Positions 1-7,652 of a DNA stretch of 64,000 nt are shown in pieces. Each line of letters opens with the position of its first letter. Position 1 is the stretch's first letter. The stretch comes from Marinicella sp. (GTDB lineage Bacteria; Pseudomonadota; Gammaproteobacteria; Xanthomonadales; Marinicellaceae), in NCBI GenBank assembly GCA_965230295.1, contig OZ246001.1, positions 576,001-640,000 of the forward strand. Reading direction: 5' to 3'. The notes beneath the pieces were generated by a model, which saw only the letters and a program-made list of their open reading frames with translations, was not told where the DNA came from and ran no database searches. A program made the position numbers and the translations under genes.

Positions 1-313
1 AACTCAATCCATTGGGTACCTCGACGGCTTCAGAACCACCTTTCAAACTGTGCTCCAACGCTTCTTCCTTGTTATCAAAAACGATTGAAAAGCCACTGGC
101 ACAAGGCCCATGTTCTTTTCTGAATTCTGCAGCGAACCCGGTTTTACTTTCATTGATATAAAAGTCGATTTGTCCTTGACGGTACAATGTGATGGGTTTT
201 TCTTTGTGCTTCTTGATGGCGTTGAAACCCATTTGGCGAAACAGTTGGTGTAATGGTGCGGCGTCATCGGCTGAATACTCAATGAAGCCAAAGCCGTTGA
301 TGGTTGCTGACAT
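1..313 (-). CDS. hppD: 4-hydroxyphenylpyruvate dioxygenase, N-terminal part (runs off window; not in ORF track)
   Basis: Manual translation from ATG at 313: MSATINGFGFIEYSADDAAPLHQLFRQMGFNAIKKHKEKPITLYRQGQIDFYINE...FAAEFRKEHGPCASG, typical HppD N-terminus (GF.FIE, LYRQG.I, HGP.A). Confidence 0.9.
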   Translation of the reverse strand, partial: MSATINGFGFIEYSADDAAPLHQLFRQMGFNAIKKHKEKPITLYRQGQIDFYINESKTGFAAEFRKEHGPCASGFSIVFDNKEEALEHSLKGGSEAVEVPNGLS

Positions 314-359
314 GGCGTGTACCCCAGTAATTAAATAAAAAGCGTATTTTAGCTGCATT

Positions 360-399
360 TAGTTTCATTTGAAACTATTTTTTGTTTCATTTGAAACTA
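360..399. promoter_or_regulatory. Two tandem palindromic operators between divergent hppD and marR
   Basis: TAGTTTCA-TT-TGAAACTA (360-377) and TTGTTTCA-TT-TGAAACTA (382-399). Confidence 0.8.
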
Positions 400-419
400 A
401 AATTGATTAAACTGTTCAA

Positions 420-842
420 ATGGAACTCAATAATTTCTTACCCTACCAGCTGTCAGTCTTGAGCTTGAAAATTTCCAAAGGCATTGCAGAGCATTATCAG
501 GATCAATTCGGCATCAACATTTCCGAATGGCGGGTGTTGGTCATTCTGTATAAAAACCCGGACATCACCGCCAAGAAGATTGCCCAGCTCTCACAAATGG
601 ATAAAGTGCGCATCAGTCGCACAGTCAAGTCACTGTTGCTAAAAGACTATGTACATCAAACCCGGCATCCATTAGATGCCCGTGCCAAAAACTACGAGTT
701 AAATAAACGTGGAAAATACCTGATGCGAGCAGTCATCCCGGATGCCCTGCGATACGAGGAAGAGTTGCTCAGCCAACTCAGTAAAGATGAACGCGACCAA
801 CTACATCACCTATTGAGTAAGTTTAATCAAATATTATCATAA
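420..842 (+). CDS. MarR-family transcriptional regulator (likely controls tyrosine/homogentisate catabolism)
   Basis: FLPYQLS...EWRVL...MDKVRISR...DARA MarR winged helix; divergent from hppD. Confidence 0.9.
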   Translation: MELNNFLPYQLSVLSLKISKGIAEHYQDQFGINISEWRVLVILYKNPDITAKKIAQLSQMDKVRISRTVKSLLLKDYVHQTRHPLDARAKNYELNKRGKYLMRAVIPDALRYEEELLSQLSKDERDQLHHLLSKFNQILS

Positions 843-851
843 CTAACAACT

Positions 852-888
852 GTCATCTTGAGCGCAACGCAGTGAAGTCGAAAGATCT
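852..888. repeat. REP-like imperfect palindrome (GTCATC..GAGCG..GAAAGATCT type)
   Basis: gtcatcttgagcgcaacgcagtgaagtcgaaagatct; resembles common GTCAT-type intergenic palindromes. Confidence 0.5.
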
Positions 889-903
889 CGTGACTTATTC
901 GTA

Positions 904-1377
904 GGAAAGCTGCTGAGCAGCTTGACCCACCGAGCCGGTTAGCAAATCATGCAATAATGGCGGTTTTTCAAAGCAAAGAAGCCTTGATGTAATGATTGAT
1001 TAGCCGTGAGCTTTTGTTATAGCGGCCGCTATCGCTCCTAGCTATCGCGGCAGACCTACATCCATGTAGTCACCTCTGATACCGGCATCCTGCCTCCTCA
1101 GAGGACTTACTTCCATGTAAGCCAATCAGAGGCGAAGAGAATAGCCAATGAGCATATGGCGATTTGACGAAGTCAAGAAGCCTTATGTGAATGGCGTTAT
1201 AGCACAGGCAATGAAAGTTGGGCGGTTTTATCGAAGATAAAGAAGCCCGATTTGAATGCCGCAGTGCGTGCGAGGTAGCATGTCATGTTCGCCTCGGCAG
1301 CTACCGCATGGATCCCCAGGACGGGGTGAATGCAGAGAATTGTTGGGAACAATTGCAGGAAAGCCCCAGAACATACC
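904..1377 (+). other. Structured non-coding element, copy A (long form); ncRNA or ssDNA-structured repeat
   Basis: Shares 36/37 nt 5' end and a 24-nt identical block with 56739-56885, and a 34-nt identical block with 33116-33492; many hairpins; no credible ORF. Confidence 0.75.
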
Positions 1378-1481
1378 TTAAGTAACATGCTCAAACTTAT
1401 AATTAGCAAATTACCCCACTCTAATCACTCAATCGGAGCGACACTCACCATATATTCAAACTCCAGATCAGGAATAGTTAA

Positions 1482-1636
1482 CCGCTGGCTGAGCGGAGTC
1501 GAAGCCCGATGAAACCAAGTCATCACAATGATCACTTCGGCTTCGCTCAGTGAACGGTTTTGGTGGCTGAGCGGAGTCGAAGCCTCATGATGCAATGGTA
1601 CTATTGATGATCACTTCGACTCCGCTCAGTGAACGG
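1482..1636. repeat. Two tandem inverted doublets of a REP-like unit (REPIN/BIME-like)
   Basis: GGCTGAGCGGAGTCGAAGCC at 1487 and 1565; inverted CACTTCG(G/A)CT(T/C)CGCTCAGTGAACGG at 1533 and 1612; period 78-79 nt. Confidence 0.85.
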
Positions 1637-3505
1637 TTATGCCTTCGCTTCCAATTCATCCCAGCGGGCATAAGCCGTTTGTAGCTCTTTTTCCAATGCA
1701 GACAATTCAGTCGTTACTGCTTTGATGGTGGATTCGTCTTGGCTGTAAAAGTCTGGAGCACAGACCTGTTCTGACAGTTCAGCCAATTGTGTTTCTAAGG
1801 CATCAATTTTTTCCGGCAGTTGTTCCAACTCATGTTTGTCTTTGAAAGTTAATTTGTTGCTGTTGTCTTTTTTGGGTTTGGCACTGGTTGCAGCTGGTTC
1901 TTTTTTAGCCTTTTGGGTCTCCTCAGGCTTTTTTCTCTGGCGCAGGTAGTCTTCGTAACCACCCACATACTCATTGACTTCGTATTGACCATCCACCGGG
2001 TTCTCAAACACGATGGTTTGGGTACAGACATTATCAATGAAGTCGCGATCATGGCTGATCAGAATTAAGGTCCCCTGAAACTCAAACAACAGGTCCTGGA
2101 TCAAATCCAAAGTTTCCATGTCAAGGTCATTGGTTGGTTCATCCATCACTATGACATTGGCTGGCCTGGCAAATAACCTGGCCAACAGCAACCGAGACCG
2201 TTCACCCCCGGACAACACGCTGGCAGGCCCCCTGATTTTTTCAGCACTGAACAAAAAATCTTGCAAGTATGAAATCACATGACGTGGTTTGCCGTTGATC
2301 TCAACAAAATCAGTACCCAGTTGTAAATTGTTTTGGACAGTGTCTTCATCATTGATGGCTTGCTTTAACTGATCAAAATAAGCGACTTCTAAGCCCGTTC
2401 CTAATTTGACTGAACCTACCTGCGGTTCGATTTCACCCAACAACAATTGCACCAGGGTGGTTTTACCCACACCATTCGGGCCAATGATCCCGACCTTGTC
2501 GCCACGCATGATTTTACTGGTAAAACCTTCCAGGATGGTTTGGTCACCATATTTAAAGCCCACATTGTGCGCCACGATGACTTTTTTACCACTGGCCTCA
2601 GCCACATTGATGCTGGCCTTGGTGGTGGCCGACTGTGTGCGTCTTTGTTTGCGTTCCTCGCGCAAAGCCAGTAAATCTTTGACCCGGCTTTCACTGCGGG
2701 TTCGGCGTGCTTTGATACCCTGTCTGACCCACACTTCTTCCTGGCTGAGCTTTTTATCTAATCGTTCCCATTCTTTGACTTCTGCTTCCAGCCGTTCTTC
2801 ACGCCGTTTTAAATATTTTTCGTAGCCACAATCATATTGGTATATCTTGCCGCGATCCAATTCCAGAATGCCATTGGCTATACTTCTCAAAAAGGTGCGG
2901 TCATGGGTCACAAATACCACCGCACAATGTAATTTATTGACCATGTCCTGGAGCCACAGAATGCTGTCAATGTCTAAATGGTTGGTCGGCTCATCCAGTA
3001 ACAACACATCGGGTTGTTGTACCAACGCAGCTGCCAGGTTGATGCGACGACGTACACCACCAGATAAAGTCTTGATCACATCATCAGGATTTAACTTGAG
3101 CTTAGAGGTAACCACATCAATCTGCTGTAACAGGTCCCACCCATTGTTTTCATCAATCACCTGTTGGTAGACTGCCATCTTGTCAGGGTCAGTGGCCAAC
3201 TCATATTGTTCCAAGGCTGCGCCAACCTCACCCAAGGCATGGAGCAAAAACTGCCTGACAGTGGCTTCTGTTTCATTGGCTGCAGATTGTTTCATCATGG
3301 CCACTTTCATGCCATCTTGTTTTTTGATTTGACCATCATCTATGGCGATGAGGCCAGCCAAAATTTTCAACAAAGTCGACTTGCCCTCGCCATTTCGACC
3401 AATCAAGGCTAACTTCTGACCTTTAGATATGGTGAGGTTCACACCATCTAATATGGGGTGTGCACCAAAATCGATGCTGACTTTGTCAAAACTGATGAGC
3501 GACAT
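1637..3505 (-). CDS. uup: ABC-F family ATPase Uup
   Basis: Two ABC domains (GRNGEGKS, LSGG, DEPTNHLD; GPNGVGKT, DEPTNDLD), EEVWVRQGIKARRTR linker, C-terminal RWDELE; start moved to MSLISF. Confidence 0.92.
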   Translation of the reverse strand: MSLISFDKVSIDFGAHPILDGVNLTISKGQKLALIGRNGEGKSTLLKILAGLIAIDDGQIKKQDGMKVAMMKQSAANETEATVRQFLLHALGEVGAALEQYELATDPDKMAVYQQVIDENNGWDLLQQIDVVTSKLKLNPDDVIKTLSGGVRRRINLAAALVQQPDVLLLDEPTNHLDIDSILWLQDMVNKLHCAVVFVTHDRTFLRSIANGILELDRGKIYQYDCGYEKYLKRREERLEAEVKEWERLDKKLSQEEVWVRQGIKARRTRSESRVKDLLALREERKQRRTQSATTKASINVAEASGKKVIVAHNVGFKYGDQTILEGFTSKIMRGDKVGIIGPNGVGKTTLVQLLLGEIEPQVGSVKLGTGLEVAYFDQLKQAINDEDTVQNNLQLGTDFVEINGKPRHVISYLQDFLFSAEKIRGPASVLSGGERSRLLLARLFARPANVIVMDEPTNDLDMETLDLIQDLLFEFQGTLILISHDRDFIDNVCTQTIVFENPVDGQYEVNEYVGGYEDYLRQRKKPEETQKAKKEPAATSAKPKKDNSNKLTFKDKHELEQLPEKIDALETQLAELSEQVCAPDFYSQDESTIKAVTTELSALEKELQTAYARWDELEAKA

Positions 3506-3760
3506 GGTTGAGTTTTTATAAAAAGTGGTCCACATTGTAATCAGAACCACAACAACCACAAGCATCAATCTGCTAATTTCTATGAATTAGAAAAAACGAC
3601 TGACCAAATTTGGCACATAAAGACAAGCCAAACTGAATGAAAATTTTAAGTTCACTCAATCTTTTGATGGCCATCACAGTTTTGGACACAAGTAATGCCT
3701 AAATTTGCTGCAAAACCCCAATACATGGTTAAAATAAATATCAATGAATCTCAGTGAAGT

Positions 3761-6013
3761 ATGTTGAAAACAGTCCCTAAACTCAATTTGAACATCCCTG
3801 ACCACACCATATTAGACAAGATCGGTGAAGGGGGGATGTCAGCAGTCTATCTGGGACGTCAAATTTCTTTACAGCGTAAAGTAGCCATTAAAGTTTTGAA
3901 AAAACTGGTGATGGATGACAAAACCCTGGCTGAACGATTTGTAGATGAAGCCAAAACAGTCGCTTCGCTGGACCACCCTCACATCATCAGTATTTACGAA
4001 GCCAAGAAATTACCATCCGGTTTGGCCTACTTCACCATGCCTTATTTGACACATGGCGACTTTGGCGAAATCATCTGTACCAATTCAGACCATTTGATTG
4101 AGCTGCTGTGCCAAATTTGTGATGGCCTGGACCACGCCCACCAACATGGCATCATTCACAGGGACCTGAAACCCGAAAACATTCTGTTTGATCAATTCGG
4201 CCGCATTAAAATTGCGGATTTTGGTATTGCCATTTCTAAAAACGTTAAGCGCAAAACCAAAGAAACACAATTATTGGGCAGTGCCCATTACATGAGCCCC
4301 GAACAAATTCAATCCAAGGAAATTGACCGACACAGCGACATTTACAGTTTAGGCTGCATCATTTATGAAAAATTAACTGGCGATCACGTCTTCCAGGCCA
4401 ACAATGATTTTTCTATATTGATGTCACACATCAACAAGCCAGTGCCTGAACTGCCCAAAGCCTTGGCTGAATGGCAGCCCATCATTGACAACTGTTTGGC
4501 CAAAGAACCTGCTGATCGCTTTGATTCAGTTGATGAATTAAAGGATGCCTTATTGGCCATCAAATATCAAAAACATGTGCCACCCAGTGAAGCACAAGTG
4601 GCAACGGCCAAAGGCATTAAATGGCCATACATCGGAGCTGGCGCTGCAGGCTTGATGTTGGTTGTTGCTGCTGCCTTTTTCATGACCAGACAATCAGCAG
4701 ACGAACCCAAAGAACATGAAACCGCTTTGGTGGCGGAGTCCACAAAACCAGTGGCAGAACAACAAACTGTTGTTAATGAACCACCTCCCTCCACAACGCC
4801 TTTGGAACTGTCAATTGGCGTGGTTGAAACCAACACTGATGATGAAGACAGCGAGATGGTTGACCTGACTAGCAATTTAGACAATGAAACCATCAACCAA
4901 ATGTCCATAGAAGTCACCTTGAAAGAAGCTCAGGATTTATTAAAAAGGTATCGGTTAACCAAGCCCAAAGGCGAAAACGCAGCCGACAAATTCCAGGCCG
5001 TATTACTGGAACAACCTGACAACCAGGAAGCCCGACAGGGACTCAATCAAGTGGGCAGAAACTATTTCAGCCTGATTGAAAGGAAGCTCAAAGAACAAGC
5101 CATCGATGATGCTTTGAAACATGTCAAATCATTGGTTGAGTACATGGACAAGTACCGCATTGATAAGGGCTTATTTGAACAGCAAGTGAGCACCATCATG
5201 ACCACAACCCATGGGTTGGTCAATCAAGCGGTGAATAAACGTCGAACCGATCCGCAGGCAGAAAGCTATTTACAAATGGCATCTCTGTTGATGCCCAATT
5301 ATGCTTTTGTGAATGACTTGCAGTCCTCTTACAACAACATTCCCAAGACTGGCGATTTGGTGACTGATCAGTGGGGCCACCAATTTGTTTATTTTGCAGC
5401 TCCCGAGTCCACTGGGCTGACTGATTTCATGGTTGGAGAGCATGAAGTAACGGTTGAACAGTTCACTCGATTTGCCCAGTCTCAATTCACTGAGGACAAA
5501 TGCCATCATTATGATAAAAAAGTTTTCTTCAAGAAAACCTGGCTGAAGCCGCCGTTTGAACAAACCAATCAACACCCGGTTATTTGTATAACAGCGAACC
5601 AAGCCCAAGCTTATGCCAGCTGGTTGTCAGAACAAACCGGTCACACATACCGGTTACCCACCCATCAGGAATTTCAATACCTGAACAGACAATTAAGCCC
5701 CGAAACCAATTGCCAGGCAGCCAATTTGGCCGGTTCAGAAGTCAAAGCTGAAAAGAAAGCCACCAACCAGGCACTAAGCTGTAACGATGGACATGTATTT
5801 ACGGCCGGCGTGAAAAATTTCAAACCCAACACCAAGATTCATGATTTCAATGGTAACGTCAGTGAATGGGTTTCAGGTTGTAGAACATCCAATGCCTGCG
5901 CCATGGGCAACTCGTGGCGTTCTGGGTCAGACAGCAAAAACAACATGACATTACCTGCACAATCCGGTGACACCCATTCTCACATTGGATTTCGTCTGGT
6001 CAGGGAAATTTGA
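3761..6013 (+). CDS. Hanks-type Ser/Thr kinase with TM segment and C-terminal FGE-sulfatase (SUMF1)-like domain
   Basis: GEGGMSAVY, VAIK, HRDLKPEN, DFG, YMSPE; TM ~aa 290-308; HEVTVEQF, HPVICIT, YRLPT, GNVSEW, GFRLVRE. Confidence 0.9.
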   Translation: MLKTVPKLNLNIPDHTILDKIGEGGMSAVYLGRQISLQRKVAIKVLKKLVMDDKTLAERFVDEAKTVASLDHPHIISIYEAKKLPSGLAYFTMPYLTHGDFGEIICTNSDHLIELLCQICDGLDHAHQHGIIHRDLKPENILFDQFGRIKIADFGIAISKNVKRKTKETQLLGSAHYMSPEQIQSKEIDRHSDIYSLGCIIYEKLTGDHVFQANNDFSILMSHINKPVPELPKALAEWQPIIDNCLAKEPADRFDSVDELKDALLAIKYQKHVPPSEAQVATAKGIKWPYIGAGAAGLMLVVAAAFFMTRQSADEPKEHETALVAESTKPVAEQQTVVNEPPPSTTPLELSIGVVETNTDDEDSEMVDLTSNLDNETINQMSIEVTLKEAQDLLKRYRLTKPKGENAADKFQAVLLEQPDNQEARQGLNQVGRNYFSLIERKLKEQAIDDALKHVKSLVEYMDKYRIDKGLFEQQVSTIMTTTHGLVNQAVNKRRTDPQAESYLQMASLLMPNYAFVNDLQSSYNNIPKTGDLVTDQWGHQFVYFAAPESTGLTDFMVGEHEVTVEQFTRFAQSQFTEDKCHHYDKKVFFKKTWLKPPFEQTNQHPVICITANQAQAYASWLSEQTGHTYRLPTHQEFQYLNRQLSPETNCQAANLAGSEVKAEKKATNQALSCNDGHVFTAGVKNFKPNTKIHDFNGNVSEWVSGCRTSNACAMGNSWRSGSDSKNNMTLPAQSGDTHSHIGFRLVREI

Positions 6014-6043
6014 TCTGCATGCGCTTTTTGGGCTGCGCATTTT

Positions 6044-7042
6044 TTAAACTTTAGGCTGCTCAATCAAATGGTCTTGATGCCACACTTTTTGCATGGTCGT
6101 TGCGTCTATATTTCCACCTGACAATATCACCAAAATTCTCCTGGGATTGGCGCTGTGATCAGCTTGCGATCTCAGCCATTGACACACCCCATCCATGACC
6201 ATGGCTGAAGTGGGCTCTACATGTAACTTCAACAGGTGTTGTAACCATTGGGTCCAATAAGCCATGGGGGGCTCATCGACGGCATAAAATTGATCCAAAT
6301 GTCTGATGTGCTCAAACGTTTTCTCCCCAATGGATAAAGTCATGGCACCATCTGCCAAAGTTTTCGGTGCATCATCCAGTTGTTGTATCTGTCCTGTTAG
6401 GTAAGAACGCATTGCATCATCACCAGCCAACGGTTCAACAGCAATAACCTGTGTATCAGAACAGTACTCACGTGTTGCCACCAAAGTACCGGAAATCAAG
6501 CCGCCACCACCACAAGGGGCAAAAACTGCATCAACCTTTTGATCAATCTGTTGGTACGCTTCATAGGCAGCTGTTCCTTGGCCTGCAATGACTGAGTAAT
6601 CATTGAAAGGTGGAATCCAAAACACCCCATCTTCATCAGCCGCTTGTTCAACAGCCAAATCAACGGCTTGACGGCTGGCAAGCAGCTCGACATCAGCACC
6701 ATATGACCTGATTGCCTGGGCTTTGACCTTGGAGGCAAATGTTGGCATAAACACGGTTGATGAGATGCCAAACAAATCAGCAGCCCAGGCTATCGACTGG
6801 CCATGATTACCAGAAGAGTTAGCCACCACACGCTTAACGCCCTCATGACTTTCTAACAATGACTGTACTGCATTACAGCCACCACGTGCTTTGAATGCAC
6901 CAATTTTTTGTAAGCACTCGGCTTTGAAATATATTTCGTGGCCAAGCCACTGATTTAACAAAGCAGAAGTGATGATCGGCGTCTTTTTAACGTAAGGTTG
7001 AATTCGTTGGTGGGCTTTTTTGATGTCGTCTATAGTGATCAT
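6044..7042 (-). CDS. PLP-dependent serine/threonine dehydratase (serine racemase-like)
   Basis: KAECLQKIGAFKARG, SSGNHG, GGGGL, SGGN motifs. Confidence 0.9.
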   Translation of the reverse strand: MITIDDIKKAHQRIQPYVKKTPIITSALLNQWLGHEIYFKAECLQKIGAFKARGGCNAVQSLLESHEGVKRVVANSSGNHGQSIAWAADLFGISSTVFMPTFASKVKAQAIRSYGADVELLASRQAVDLAVEQAADEDGVFWIPPFNDYSVIAGQGTAAYEAYQQIDQKVDAVFAPCGGGGLISGTLVATREYCSDTQVIAVEPLAGDDAMRSYLTGQIQQLDDAPKTLADGAMTLSIGEKTFEHIRHLDQFYAVDEPPMAYWTQWLQHLLKLHVEPTSAMVMDGVCQWLRSQADHSANPRRILVILSGGNIDATTMQKVWHQDHLIEQPKV

Positions 7043-7638
7043 GTTTTTTCAAATATCAGCATTTGATTGTTGGCCGGCATGGCCAAATCTTCGATCAGGT
7101 TCATGTCCTGATCATTCATTAATTGGTTGATGGTCTCAAAATCACGGACACCACTTTGAGCATCCCTTTCTTTCAACCACAAATCAAACGCACCATTCGA
7201 TTCAGAAGTGAATGCACCTTGGTATTTAAAGGGGCCGTAGAAAAACACTCGATTTTTAGGCTTTAAATGCTGTCCCATGTCGTCGATCAATTGTTTCACC
7301 AAGTCTTCACTGATGATGTGTAAGGTGTTGGCACAGAAGACCACATCAGCAGAAGCTGGCCATTGATCTTGCCCGATTTCATAGGGTAATGGAGCCATGA
7401 CATTCACAAGTTGGTATTCATTCAACCACATGTTAATTCCAGCATGATTATAAATCACATCTGATGTTTGCCACATCACATGAGGTAAATGCTGTCCCAT
7501 ATAGACGGCATGTTGTCCGGTACCTGAACCCACTTCAAGAACCCGCTGGTCGTCATGACGTAAATATTGTTTCAAAGTGGCAAGTATGACCCCTTGGTTG
7601 CGTTCGCACGAAGGGGAATGTGGTTTTTCTGTATTCAA
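7039..7638 (-). CDS. DUF938-family class I SAM-dependent methyltransferase
   Basis: SPSCERN, LEVGSGTGQHA, YGPF, FDLWLK, MPANN. Confidence 0.88.
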   Translation of the reverse strand: MNTEKPHSPSCERNQGVILATLKQYLRHDDQRVLEVGSGTGQHAVYMGQHLPHVMWQTSDVIYNHAGINMWLNEYQLVNVMAPLPYEIGQDQWPASADVVFCANTLHIISEDLVKQLIDDMGQHLKPKNRVFFYGPFKYQGAFTSESNGAFDLWLKERDAQSGVRDFETINQLMNDQDMNLIEDLAMPANNQMLIFEKT

Positions 7639-7652
7639 TTTTTGCTACCAAG

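Noticed and set aside
43-291. 82-aa ORF from the track
   Set aside because: Wrong frame; the real gene is hppD starting at 313.
904-1377. Identification as group II intron, RNase P, tmRNA, SRP or riboswitch
   Set aside because: GAGCCG and AGGTAGCA give only superficial matches; diagnostic domain V, P4, tRNA-like ends and 5'-leader positioning are absent.
1197-1512. ORFs 1197-1409 and 1330-1512
   Set aside because: Lie over structured repeats; no protein motifs.
1482-1636. Possible CRISPR mini-array
   Set aside because: Units alternate in orientation, only two periods, no cas genes or leader; fits REP doublets.
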